DNA of 62,869 bases, counting the filler, from Octopus bimaculoides (taxonomy: Eukaryota): NCBI RefSeq assembly GCF_001194135.2. It is 3 parts of 3 records of this genome, joined end to end, with 100 filler letters (N's around TTAATTAATTAA, not from the genome) between each part and the next. Parts side by side here need not be neighbours in the genome. Positions count along the whole stretch, not along the records: positions 24,826 to 41,704 come from NC_068985.1; positions 41,805 to 62,869 come from NC_068981.1; 1 more part is not named here. One strand, 5' to 3'. The position numbers and the translations under genes are program-made. The notes under the pieces were generated by a model that had not been told where the DNA came from, did no database searches, and was given only the letters and a program-made list of their open reading frames with translations. This document shows positions 38,990 through 50,820 of the stretch, one piece after another. Positions within the stretch are counted from its first letter, which is position 1. Each line of letters begins with the position of its first letter.

Positions 38990-39405
38990 TTATCTTGAGG
39001 GCTCATGAGTGCTGGTGTTACTTAAAAGCACCTACGCAGGTGTATCCATTCTGATCCACATAAAAAGCTCCCACACTGGTACCATGTATAAAGCATCTGT
39101 GTTGGTAGCAGGTGGAAAGCACCCCTGCCAATGCTACCTGTACTGGTACCACATATAAAGTACCCATGCCGATGCCACATACAAAGCACCTATGCCAGTG
39201 TCACATATAAAGCCCTCATGCTGGTGCCATGTAAAAAGCAGCCAGTACACTCTGTGAAGTGGTTGGCATTAGTGAGGGCATCCAACCCCAGAAACCATGC
39301 CAAAACAGACAATTGGAGCCTGGTCAGTTCTCTAGCTTACCAACTCCTGCCAAATTGCCCAACTTATGCCTGCATGGAAAACAGATGTTAAATGATGATG
39401 ATGAT
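38990..39405 (+). mobile_element. RTE LINE 3' UTR copy with internal ~21-bp tandem units
   Basis: Repeated GCTGGTGCCA(C/T)RTAAAAAGCACC-like units, then GTGGTTGGCATTAGTGAGGGCATCC...GTTAAATGATGATGATG. Confidence 0.8.
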
Positions 39406-40099
39406 GAAGTATACAATCAAAATCAACAGATTATATTGCTATACCTTAAAAAAAGAAGCATGAGAAGCAATGTGGACAATAAAATATTATTTAGTCAAAC
39501 ATACTGCTCATTGAAAATATAAAATCAAATCTAGCAAAGAACTTCTTAATGTTAATCAGGAAGCATTCATTAGCCAATCACCTACTTTGTGGCATATATA
39601 CATACATACATAAATATGNNNNNNNNNNNNNNNNNNNNNNNNNNNNNNNNNNNNNNNNNNNNNNNNNNNNNNNNNNNNNNNNNNNNNNNNNNNNNNNNNN
39701 NNNNNNNNNNNNNNNNNNNNNNNNNNNNNNNNNNNNNNNNNNNNNNNNNNNNNNNNNNNNNNNNNNNNNNNNNNNNNNNTACAGAGAGAGAGAGAGAGAG
39801 AGAGATGGTTTCAAGAGGGTTGGTTTCATTTTAAAGTCTGTATAGCTTCATGTACGGCTTCTCCTCCTGAGACGTGAGGTTATTATCTACAAATCTGGAT
39901 AAGAAAGCTCAGGAGTATCCAGTGTTAAGTACTCTAACTCTTCCTTATATGTAATAGTTACTGTTTTACATGAAATTTGGGACAAACATGATTTTGATAT
40001 GATGTTTTGGGGCCTCCTGCCCTTCATATCACCAACTATTTTGCATTATGGTATACATTATCATGTAATGACAGAAGAAAGGTATTTCAGAACAGAAAT

Positions 40100-41404
40100 G
40101 TCCCCTCTACATTGTATCAGATTTTAATTGTTGATGTGGAGAAAGCCTTTGACAGAGCCACCCACTCCCTTAACTGATGGTTAGTGTAGAAGCTTGGGAT
40201 AAATGAGTGGTTGGTGAGAGTTATACAAGCCATGTACAGGGATGCTGTCAGTAAGGTGAAGGTTAGCAACAAGTATAGCAAGGAATTCAAGGTACAAGTA
40301 GAGGTTCAACAAGGATCAGTCTTCAGCCCCTTCTCGTTCATTATAGTCTCCTAGGCAATAACAGAGTAAATTAAAGATGAGCTTCCCCCGGGAACTCCTT
40401 TATACTGAATCATTACCAGAGGCAAGAAAGCAGACAAATCACAATGTACAGAAAATAGACTCCATCAACTGCCAGTAATGGTGTAAGCCAGAGGTAGTGG
40501 ATGGCTCCCATTATCCAGGTGACCAAGTTAGTAGTGGTGGTGGATGTTCCCAGAGCATAGCTGCGAGAATAAGAATAGGCTGGGCAAAGTTCAGAGAGCT
40601 CCTGCCTTTGCTGGCAACAAAGGGCCTGTCCCTCAGAGTGAAAGGCAAACTTTATGGTGACTGTGTGCAAACAGCTATACTACACAGCAGTGAAACATGG
40701 ACTATAATCATCGAGAGCATGTGTAGGCTTGAAAGAAATGAAGTTGGCATGCTTTGCTGGATGTGCAATGTCAGTGTTCATGTATGACAGAGTATAAGCA
40801 TCTTGAGAGAAAAGTTGGGCATAAGAGACATCAGATGTGGTATGCAAGAAAGATGACTGCATTGGTATGGTTATGTAATGCATATGGATGAAGACAGCTG
40901 TGTAAAGAAGTACTGATCTCTAACTATGATCTTCAAACTTTGATTCTCATGGAACTAGTGACAAGTGATCAAGACCTTTGGCAAATGCTGTGCTTGAGAA
41001 GACTCATCAAGCCAAGTGAAATTGTTGTCATAGCTGATCCTGGTGTCATGTAACTGGCACCCATGCCAGTGGCACATGAAAAGCATCTTTCGAGCATTGG
41101 GCCTCACAAAGGCAATGAAAAATGACCAAGATCTCTGACAATACGCCATACTTGTGAAGACCCATCAAGCCAAGTGAAATTGTAGTAGTTGTAGCAGATA
41201 CTGGTGTCATGAAACTGGCATCCATGCTGGTTGCATGTAAAAGTATCCATTACACTTTCAGAGTGGTTGGCATTAGGAAGGATATCCAGCTGTAGAAACC
41301 ATGCCAAATTAGACTGGAGTCTGGTGCACACCCTCAACTTATCGGCCCTGGTCAAATCGTTCAACCCATGCCAGCATGAACAATGGACATTAAATGATGA
41401 TGAG
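40100..41404 (+). mobile_element. Truncated RTE LINE (RT fragments + complete 3' UTR)
   Basis: DVEKAFDR, LGINEWLVRVIQAMY, QQGSVFSPF, ELLYT, PGDQVSSGGGCSQSIAARIRIGWAKFRELLPLL..ETW. The 3' UTR has a ~157-bp tandem duplication (40965-41087 and 41122-41247) and a (GAT)n tail. Confidence 0.92.
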
Positions 41405-41420
41405 GATATATATATATATA

Positions 41421-41704
41421 TAGGGAAAGAGGGCGGCTTATAAATGCCAAAACCTACCCTGGCGAAGAATGTACCCCACAACATAGATTAGTAGTTAGCG
41501 ACTTTGGGATCAAGGCAAAATGGGTGCCCAGAATTAGACAGGCTTGGAGAAGAAGGGTGTGGAAGCTTAAAGACCCTGCAAACGGACAGAGACTTAGAGA
41601 CAAGTTACTTGAAGCATTTAACGAAATAGAAGGGGATATAGCATCATACAACGTGGAAGACAATTGGAGATTTCTGCGGGACAACCTGTTGAAAGCCACC
41701 GACC
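41421..41704 (+). mobile_element. Young RTE LINE fragment (APE C-terminus) running into the scaffold gap
   Basis: Stop-free frame RERGRLINAKTYPGEECTPQHRLVVSDFGIKAKWVPRIRQAWRRRVWKLKDPANGQRLRDK...KATD, homologous to 31200-31480. CpGs are retained. Confidence 0.9.
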
Positions 41705-41748
41705 NNNNNNNNNNNNNNNNNNNNNNNNNNNNNNNNNNNNNNNNNNNN

Positions 41749-41760
41749 TTAATTAATTAA
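41749..41760. other. Artificial scaffold linker TTAATTAATTAA
   Basis: Same N44-12-N44 construct as at 24770. Confidence 0.9.
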
Positions 41761-41804
41761 NNNNNNNNNNNNNNNNNNNNNNNNNNNNNNNNNNNNNNNN
41801 NNNN

Positions 41805-42073
41805 CGAGGCTCCGGCAGGGGATGGTGGCGAACCCTGCTGTACTCTTTCACCACAACTTTCTCTCACTCTATCTTCTTGTTTCTGTTGTACTGTATTTCA
41901 AAGGGCCAGCCTTGTCACACTGTGTCACGCTGAATATCCCCGAGAACTACGTTAAGGGTACACGTGTCTGTGGAGTGCTCAGCCACTTGCACGTTAATTT
42001 GACGAGCAGGCTGTTCCGTTGATCGGATCAACTGGAACCTTCGACGTCGTAAGCGACGGAGTGCCAACAACAA
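41805..42073 (+). mobile_element. tRNA-derived SINE family 3 (3' two-thirds)
   Basis: GGTGGCGAACCCTGCTGTACTCTTTCACCACAAC...GACGGAGTGCCAACAACAA. The same body is present on the minus strand at 47175-47335. Confidence 0.85.
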
Positions 42074-42767
42074 GCTAACAATTCTGATAGCTCGCCGCCT
42101 AATATTAATTGAATAATAATTAAAATTTTTTATTAAAATATTTCTAGTTTATTTATCCTTCGAGTTAATGCAATCCCGTTTCGTTTCATTTCGGTTTCTT
42201 TTCATTACGTTCTTCAATAAAGAAGACCAAAACAGTAGAAACTCTTTCACTTTACACGACTTCACCCTCCCCCACCAAAGCAAAGCAGAAGTATTTTAAT
42301 TCTAATGAACAGTTGACTCCTCATGGAAAATATATTTACATAAACTAAACTGTTATTAACATTTTTCCCTGAGATAATTAGTCATGTCTAAACGAATTAC
42401 AATAATAATTTGCTTGCGTTGTTTGGAAACAAGAAAGAAATGTTTGGAGAGAGGATATTAAAGAAGAAATGAACTAAATGTGTTGAATTTAATGGCTGAC
42501 AACTGGGAATAACTGGAAGTCTTACTACATATTTGTAGGTCAGCAGGGGATGTCAGGAGATGGGATGCTTCGACATAGTGTCAGCCTGGCAAATAACTTC
42601 GGTCACAGAAATGTTAAGTAACGAATGGTGTTCACAGGAATAGCGTTTGAAAATATTTGATCAAATCAAGGATTTTTATTCCAGATTTGAACAACAAACT
42701 ATATTATTAATCACACACACACACACACACGCACATACACACACGCACACACACACACACACACACA

Positions 42768-42803
<36 letters not shown>

Positions 42804-42854
42804 CTCTTTCACTCTCACTGTCTGTCTCTGTGTGTGTGTGTGTGTGTCTCTCTC

Positions 42855-42920
<66 letters not shown>

Positions 42921-42923
<3 letters not shown>

Positions 42924-43535
42924 CTGTCTCTCGCTCACGTATTTGATTTTATAAATATTGAGCAATTTTAAACTTTATGAAATAAACCAAGAAAACACTA
43001 GATTCTTTTAAACAAACACACACACACACACACACACACACGCATACACACACACTCTCTCTCTCTCAGTCCGTCTGTCTGTCTGTCTCTGTCAGTCTGT
43101 CTGTCTGTCTCTGTCAGTCTGTCTGTCTGCCTCTGTCAGTCTGTCGGTCTGTCTCTGTCAGTCTGTCTCTGTCAGTCTGTCTCTGTCAGTCTGTCTGTCT
43201 GTCTCTGTGTCTGTCTCTCGCTCACGTATTGATCTTATAAATATTAAGCAATTTTAAACTTTATGAAATAAACCAAGAAAACACTAGATTCTTTTAAACA
43301 CACCCACCCCCTTTCTCTCTCTCTCTGTTCATCTGTCTGTCCCTTTCTCTCTGTCTATCTGTCTCTCNNNNNNNNNNNNNNNNNNNNNNNNNNNNNNNNN
43401 NNNNNNNNNNNNNNNNNNNNNNNNNNNNNNNNNNNNNNNNNNNNNNNNNNNNNNNNNNNNNNNNNNGCAATTTAAAACTTTATGAAATAAACCCCCCACA
43501 AAAAAAAAAAACCCACTAGATTCTTTTAAACACAA
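42921..43535 (+). repeat. Three direct copies of a ~90-bp unique segment separated by microsatellites
   Basis: GCAATTTTAAACTTTATGAAATAAACCAAGAAAACACTAGATTCTTTTAAAC occurs in copies starting near 42921, 43209 and 43467. The third follows a gap and has distorted homopolymers. Confidence 0.8.
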
Positions 43536-43777
43536 AAACACCCACACACACATTATTGTATATCTATATATATGTGTAAAATATATATGTATAAGATCAT
43601 AGTCATCATTTAAAGTTCACTTTTCCCTGCTTGCAAGGGGCGGAATATTTCTCCATGGCCAGACATGTTCTCTCAGAATATTGGAAATGAATGGACATTG
43701 CTTGCATGGCAGTTGACATTCATGTACAACTATCACGCAATGTCAAGAAAAAGGGAGACAAGCGCACACACATTTAT

Positions 43778-44210
43778 ATTCTTTTCTACTTCAAGGCACA
43801 AAGCCCGAAATTTTAGGGGAGGGGCCAGTCGATTAGATCTACCCAGAACGCAACTGGTATTTAATTTATCGACCCCGAAAGGATGAAGAGCAAAGTCGAC
43901 CTCGGCGGAATTTGAGCTCAGAACATATAGATAGATGAAATACCACTAAGCATTTTACCCAGCATGCTAACGTTTCTTATTTCTTTATTGCCCACAAGAG
44001 GCTACACACAGAGGGGACAAACAAGGACAGACGAAGGGATTAAGTCGATTACATCGACCCCATTGCGTAACTGGTACTTAATTTATCGACTCCGAAAGGA
44101 TGAAAGGCAATGTCGACCTCGGCGGAATTTGAACTCAGAACGTAACGGCAGACGAAATACCGCTCAGCATTTCGTCCGGTGTGCTGACGTTTCTGCCAGT
44201 TCACCGCTTT
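43778..44210 (-). mobile_element. Two adjacent SINE family 2 copies with different 3' tails
   Basis: Both share the head and the GGATGAA(A)GGCAA..GTCGACCTCGGCGGAATTTGA body. Copy 43778-43977 has the GGCACAAAGCCCGAAA tail; copy 43978-44210 has the TGCCCACAAGAGGCTACACAC...GGACAAACAAGGACAGAC tail. Confidence 0.9.
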
Positions 44211-45121
44211 ACATTACACATTTGTACACGACAAGCTTATTTTAGTTTCCGTCCACAAAGGTTCACAGGTTTTAAAAAAATGGTTGAGAACCATTGTTCT
44301 AAATTTACGAATAGCGATTATTTGGTAAAGATTACTTTAAAAATTCCGGTTGTTCTTACAAAATATGCTTAGGCTCACAATTTCTCCTGCTTAACCCTAG
44401 GGTTATGCATACATCGATTTGAGGATCCCTGATAAAGGTGCTAAAATGAAGCTAAAATTTCCAGTTGTGCATCTCTTCTTTGTAACGTTGCAATTACACT
44501 TGGGTGTTATTAGAGTTCTCTGCTCTGCTTCACGGGTGATTAAAGGGAATGAGTCTGGTAATATTTTGCAGACTTCGTAATAGTGGTCCTCAAGATTGAT
44601 AGAATATCTTCTCCATTCAACAGTCACCACATCTATATCGACAAATCCAACATAGTATCAGTACTAAACGGAAGTTTTAACTGCTGAATGTTTGAGTGAG
44701 AAACTAGCTCGGGAACAGAACAGGTGTAATGCAGACGGCCATATCTTCATCTCGTTCTTGTAACCGCGATTAGATGATTTATGATGTAAAATGTTAGAGG
44801 GCTAAGCTCGTGTCAGAAGCAGATTGGATGGATATATTGATAAATGTTCAGGAACTGGGTAATCTACACTAAACAATTTCCATGCCATCTTAATAAAATA
44901 AAAGTTCCTTTTATATCAGTTTACAGAATGAAGGATGAACTTTTGACCATTTTTGTTGTTATTTAACACCCGACCAGCTCTGATTGAGCACGCTTATGAT
45001 CGCAAACGTTCTAACTGTGACCATCCCATTCAATTTGCAAATTGAGCGCCCATCTAGGGGATCCGTTATTGTCTGGAATGTTAAGAAGTGGTCCACTCTA
45101 TTATTATTTTCTTTTGTATAT

Positions 45122-45335
45122 AAGGCGGCGAGCTGGCAGAATCGTTAGCACGCTTGGCAAAATACTTAGCGGTATTTCGCCCATTTCTACGCCCTGAGTT
45201 CAAATTTCGCCGAGATCAACTTTGCCTTTCATCCTTTCGGGGACGATAAATCAAATACCAGTGAAGTACTGGAGTGATGTAATCAACTAGTCCCCTCACA
45301 TTTTTGAGGACCTGTGCCTCTACAAAAAAGGATAA
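45122..45335 (+). mobile_element. SINE family 2, full length
   Basis: AAGGCGGCGAGCTGGCAGAATCGTTAGCACG...GCCTTTCATCCTTTCGGG...GTGCCTCTACAAAAAAG. Confidence 0.9.
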
Positions 45336-45919
45336 TTTTTATTTGTTTATGTTGCTTATGCTTCAATCTGGGGACTTGATATTCTTCAACGAGTCCCCAA
45401 ACGTTTTTCTACGAGTCTTGTGGCGGTTATTTCAACCATTTTATGATTCTTGTGTCGGCCATGTTTACGTTTAGGAAAATCATAATCGTTTCATTTTGTG
45501 TATTGAGGATTCCATTGGTGAATGCATTCTTCTTCTTCTTCTTCTTCTTCTACTAAAGACATTAATGTATGATTTGAGTGAGATTTGGCTCAATAACCTC
45601 TAATATGCACGCGCTTGTGTGTTTGTGTGTGCTTGTGTATGCATCTGTGTAAGTGTGTGTGTGTGTGTGTGTGTGTGTGTTGGGTGTCTTATAAGTGTTT
45701 ATGCATTTTTTGGCTTTTGCTGTCTTATATGTGTGTGCGTACGTGCATACGTATGTATGTGTGTATGTGTATTTGTGTGCATGTATGTATGTGTATATAT
45801 GCGCGCGTGCGCGTGTGAATTAGTTTCAGCACATTTCGTGAGTTGTGGAACAGCGTCTCTAATGCCATCAGTTCCAAAGATTCCAATTCTACATCAGCTG
45901 CAAAACTGCGAAATCATTC

Positions 45920-46095
45920 GATGATGATGATGATAGTGGTGATTATGATGATGGTTATGATGAGGATGACGATGACGTTGATGATTTGTTTGGTGATGAG
46001 GATGATGATGATGAAAATGATGACGGCGACGATAATAATAATGATGGTGACGTAATAGTGATGTCATGATAATGACTACGACGACGACGACGATA
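45920..46095. repeat. (GAT/GAC)n array
   Basis: Direct reading. Confidence 0.9.
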
Positions 46096-46195
46096 ATGTG
46101 GTGAAGTTAATGAAGTTAATGATGTTGCTACGATGTAACTTGATGAAGCGACTACGTAATTGCAAAGTGATTGCCGCGCTCCAGGTGAAGTCGAG

Positions 46196-46318
46196 GGCGG
46201 AGGTAAAGAATACGTACGCCATCAGTTTTCGGCGTAACAAAAACCTTAAAACTAGCCCTAAACCCTAACCCTAACTCTAAACGCTAACCACCGGGTGTAC
46301 GTATTCTTTACCTTCGTC
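46196..46318. mobile_element. 123-bp MITE with 25-bp TIRs, perfect 8-bp TSD and internal (CCCTAA)-like hexamers
   Basis: TSD AAGTCGAG at 46188-46195 and 46319-46326. TIR GGCGGAGGTAAAGAATACGTACGCC matches 46294-46318 at 22/25. Internal CCCTAAACCCTAACCCTAACTCTAAACGCTAACC. Confidence 0.9.
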
Positions 46319-46605
46319 AAGTCGAGACGATCCTTGACAACATTAAATAACATCAACGCGCTGCTCTCATCAGTTTGAAGATGACATCCACGTCTAGAAT
46401 AACAGCATCTGTCTTCCTTGTAAGAGAAACGTGTGAAAGTTAGCGCTTCTTTGCTGTTCTACGATCAACACAACACTTGAGATATTGTTTCTTGTTGCGG
46501 TGGAAACATGTTACGACATGTTACACCAGCTCTGCCGGCCGTCACTGTTGCTTGAAAACTATTGTCAGACGGTGTGTTAGTGTGTGTGTGTGCGTGTGTG
46601 TGTGT

Positions 46606-46654
<49 letters not shown>

Positions 46655-47174
46655 TTTGCGTGNNNNNNNNNNNNNNNNNNNNNNNNNNNNNNNNNNNNNN
46701 NNNNNNNNNNNNNNNNNNNNNNNNNNNNNNNNNNNNNNNNNNNNNNNNNNNNNNNNNNNNNNNNNNNNNNNNNNNNNNNNNNNNNNNNNNNNNNNNNNNN
46801 NNNNNNNNNNNNNNNNNNNNNNNNNNNNNNNNNNNNNNNNNNNNNNNNNNNNNNNNNNNNNNNNNNNNNNNNNNNNNNNNNNNNNNNNNNNNNNNNNNNN
46901 NNNNNNNNNNNNNNNNNNNNNNNNNNNNNNNNNNNNNNNNNNNNNNNNNNNNNNNNNNNNNNNNNNNNNNNNNNNNNNNNNNNNNNNNNNNNNNNNNNNN
47001 NNNNNNNNNNNNNNNNNNNNNNNNNNNNNNNNNNNNNNNNNNNNNNNNNNNNNNNNNNNNNNNNNNNNNNNNNNNNNNNNNNNNNNNNNNNNNNNNNNNN
47101 NNNNNNNNNNNNNNNNNNNNNNNNNNNNNNNNNNNNNNNNNNNNNNNNNNNNNNNNNNNNNNNNNNNNNNNNNN

Positions 47175-47335
47175 AGGAAGAAAGTGTGAGAGAGAGTTGT
47201 GGTGAAAGAGTACAGCAGGGTTCGCCACCACCTCATGCCAAAGCCTCGTGGAGCTTTAGGTGTTTTCGCTCAATAAACACGCCCGGTCTTGGAATCGAAA
47301 CCGCAATCCTACGATGGTGAGTCCGCTGCCTTAAC
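47175..47335 (-). mobile_element. SINE family 3 head, 5'-clipped
   Basis: Minus strand GTTAAGGCAGCGGACTC...GGTTTCGATTCC (box B)...GGTGGCGAACCCTGCTG. Confidence 0.85.
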
Positions 47336-47541
47336 TGAGCTGGCAGAAACGTTAGCACGCCGCACGAAATGCTTAACGGTATTTCGTCTGTCCTTACGTT
47401 CTGAGTTCAAATTCCACCGGGGTTGACTTTGCCTTTCATCTTTTGGGGATCGATAAATTAAGTACCAGTTGCGTACTTGGGTTGATCTAGTTGACTGGTC
47501 CCTCTCCAAACATTTCGGGCCTTGTGCCTAGAAGAGAAAAT
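47336..47541 (+). mobile_element. SINE family 2, 5'-clipped, abutting the family 3 head
   Basis: TGAGCTGGCAGAAACGTTAGCACGCCG...GCCTTGTGCCTAGAAGAGAAAA. Confidence 0.9.
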
Positions 47542-48318
47542 AACATAACGACTCCTTTTTTCTTTAATCCTTTCTTTATACTTGTACATTACATAATCCT
47601 TAAGCTTAATGTCAGTAGCCATCCCCTAATTTGTGAAAAATATACAAAAATCCTTATATAGAACTGTGCGCTTAACAGTTCCAGTGATGCGGTGTTTAGC
47701 TGTTGTGCGTAGGCTCACATGTCCGAGATAGGAAGCTGCACGCTAGGGAGAGAGAGCACTGTCGTTTACACAGTGCCAACCCTTGTGTGCTGGTGAAAGC
47801 TAGTGCTTCTTTTTGACTCCGAGTGTGTAGTGCTTAAAAACGTGTTTATATTCTTGAATGTGATAAAGTGTAGAATTAGATTATTATCCTGCTTCCACTA
47901 CAGTGTTGCTGCCAGGATTTAAAAAATAAGGGCAGATTTCTCCGCCTTATTTTGTGATTTAGTGGGGATTTTTGAAAACCAAGGGGAAATTCGCGGCGGT
48001 GTTCAGTGAACAAATTAAACATAGTACCCGGTAGTGGCTAAAACGCGAACCGATCAAGTTTATGTATACATTTTATTTTTATGTTTGTTTCCTTTTACAC
48101 AATATTAAAACGACGGGTAAAATTTTTCCGAAGCATCACCCCCACTAATTTTATTTACGAGCCGCCACTGCGTATATATAAAAATACATAAGCACATATA
48201 TATATATACATTATCTCTATATGCATACACACTTATATACCTACACACACACACTTTTTATATCAATTAGCCCTGATGAGATTTCACTCATATGATATTC
48301 TAAATGCAAATTTCTTTT

Positions 48319-48905
48319 TATTACCTCCGCCTTAACGAAGGTGGAGGTATTGTTTTCAGTCGCGTTTGTTTGCTTGTTCGTGGACAAGATATCTGAAGAA
48401 CTGCTGGATGGATTCGAATGAAACTTTCATGGATGTTTGACTTTGTGACTGGCACGAACTGATTAGATCTTGGGATCGATCCGGTACTGGACAAGGATTC
48501 TGGATTATTTTTATAAAATTTACTTTACTGTACATGATTACGATCTTGCGTTAACTTTCAAGTCTTTCTCAATTATTTCCCTTTACGTTGTAACTATTTT
48601 GAACGGTGAATTTGTTAACTTTTTCTTGTATTAGATAAGGATAAACTATTTATTATTGTTACTAAATATTCTGCAGCCACCTTCACATTCCATGACAACT
48701 ATTGGGATCGATCCAAGGATTCTGGATTATTTTTCCGTTTTTTTAACTTAATTTTTGAGAGCGGTCGGGTTCATTTTTAGTATTCTCGTTTGTGAGGGCA
48801 ATCGAGTTTATTTCAGATATTCTCATTTTAATAAATCATCTCTGGCTAATCGTTCAGAGGGCGTTGGTGTTGCCTTGGTGGAGGTTTGCGCTCTCTGAGT
48901 GCTTT
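48319..48905 (+). mobile_element. Non-autonomous Helentron-type element (HINE/DINE-1-like)
   Basis: T-rich flanks. 5' hairpin ACCTCCGCCTT-aacg-AAGGTGGAGGT, GTTT microsatellite, subterminal inverted repeat GGTGGAGGT at 48877, 3' hairpin GCGCTC-tct-GAGTGC. Internal duplication GGGATCGATCC..AAGGATTCTGGATTATTTTT. Confidence 0.75.
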
Positions 48906-49167
48906 TGTTTATTTATAAGTTTGTAATTAGTATTGAGTTAAATTGAAACAGCTGTGGGCATTTTGACAAGCTAGAAGTTAATAAATTAGATTATGTCTAT
49001 ATACTCTTCATTTTCTTCTTGCTTATCATATTCTACATTTTTAATATATTCATTTATATCGATGTGCTTTTTCGCGCAGATATAGGGTGTTAAACTAGTG
49101 TAACTAGGATGATTTCATCACTATAAGAGGAGTACATATCCTCGAAGTGAAACACACACACACATAC

Positions 49168-49198
<31 letters not shown>

Positions 49199-49642
49199 CA
49201 AACAAATATACATATATATACATAAATATATATATACACACATAAATACATACATACACATGTATATATGTGTGTATACACGCGCACGCGCGCACGCGCG
49301 CACGCGCACACACATACACCCCCCCACACACACACATATATAGGATAATTTGTTTTTGAAAATGCACCTGAATTCGAGAAGCTTGTCATTATTTTCAAAT
49401 AATTATTTTTTACATAGGTTCCAAACCAGGTTCAACATTATTTTGTTTATCAATGGTATAGACGTATATAAAACAATGGGATTTTAGCAATTTGAAATTG
49501 CGAAGTAGAAAGCATCTTTAAAAGATTAAATGTTCACATTTAGTGACAGGGGAAGATAATGTCAGAAATAGTCGGTGAAGAACATGTATATCTATATCAC
49601 GGTGGTGCACCAGCATGACCGCAACCACTTGGCTGAAACACA

Positions 49643-49673
<31 letters not shown>

Positions 49674-49683
49674 ATACATGCAT

Positions 49684-49860
49684 ATGATAGATCGCTAGCC
49701 ACTACACATTCTTTATTTTCTCTCCTTGTTTCTTTCTGTGTTCCTTTCTTTGGAGGAGCATAGGCTCGAAACGTTGAAGACCTTTTCAATTCCCGAGCGT
49801 TATCTGTTTGTTGTCTACACCACCTGTCTTCGTCTTTTGTTTTTTTTTGTGAATTATCCC
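49684..49860 (+). mobile_element. Short interspersed element with variant hammerhead-like fold (copy 1)
   Basis: Homologous to 62653-62842. Fold at 49744-49779: CTTT-CTTTGGA-G-GAGC(atag)GCTC-GAAA-CG-TT-GAAG. Confidence 0.75.
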
Positions 49861-49864
49861 ATGG

Positions 49865-49959
<95 letters not shown>

Positions 49960-50820
49960 CGTGTATGCATGTGTGTATGTATATATGCATATTTACGCGT
50001 GCGTGTATGTAATGTTATTTTTGATTAACCTCTGAACATTCCTATTAAGCCTGATAAACCACTGAATACCATAATTCTAGAAATATTTCACCTCACATAC
50101 AATACCTTAATAACCGGTCTGTATTTTTAAAAAGGGCAAATTGTTGATAATTGCGTTGGACTTTGCTACTGTTTCTAGCAAATTGGTTGACCACATAGAG
50201 AAACTATGTCGTTACCCCCAACAACGTACAACAATTAGCAGATGTGAATTTTATTTTTACACCTCTTAACTATTTTGTACCGTCACTTTGTTGTAAAAGA
50301 GCGATAACACAAAATGTACTTTAAAATACATTTTATTATCTCGTGGTTTCACATCGCATCTCCTTCTAACCATATACCTATCAATTACCTACCTTACCAT
50401 ACCTTACCTTACCTACTTGCCTGCCGAAATTACCTATCTGCCTACTTAGGCTAATTCCTATTTCAACATCCTTAAGTAAACGGAATCTCAGAAAAAAAAA
50501 AGGAAAAATACCTTAAAAAAAAAAGAAAATTACAAAGTCTCAAGTGTACTTTGCATGGAAACTGAAGCAAAATTATGATCTTGGCAAGAAATATAAACGA
50601 AAAATATTGCGTTTCATGTTTTATTAATTGTACTTGCGATAAAATTGTTAATGACGGTGGCTGGTAAAATTTTATTTAGTCTACAGTCTAGGTTTTGCAT
50701 AATAAAGTTCAAGCATTTACATATATTTTCTGTGATTCTTTAAAACCACGGTGCATCCAGGTATTCTTTCGGCGCATCAGCCCATCGCACCTAAACATCA
50801 TAGAAACTATTGCTTTACGC

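Noticed and set aside
43467-43535. Third copy of the 42.9-43.3-kb repeat as a real triplication
   Set aside because: It follows a gap and has distorted homopolymers, so it is probably a redundant contig end.
46256-46289. Telomeric repeat as a chromosome end or fusion site
   Set aside because: Only about five degenerate hexamers, enclosed by TIRs and a TSD.
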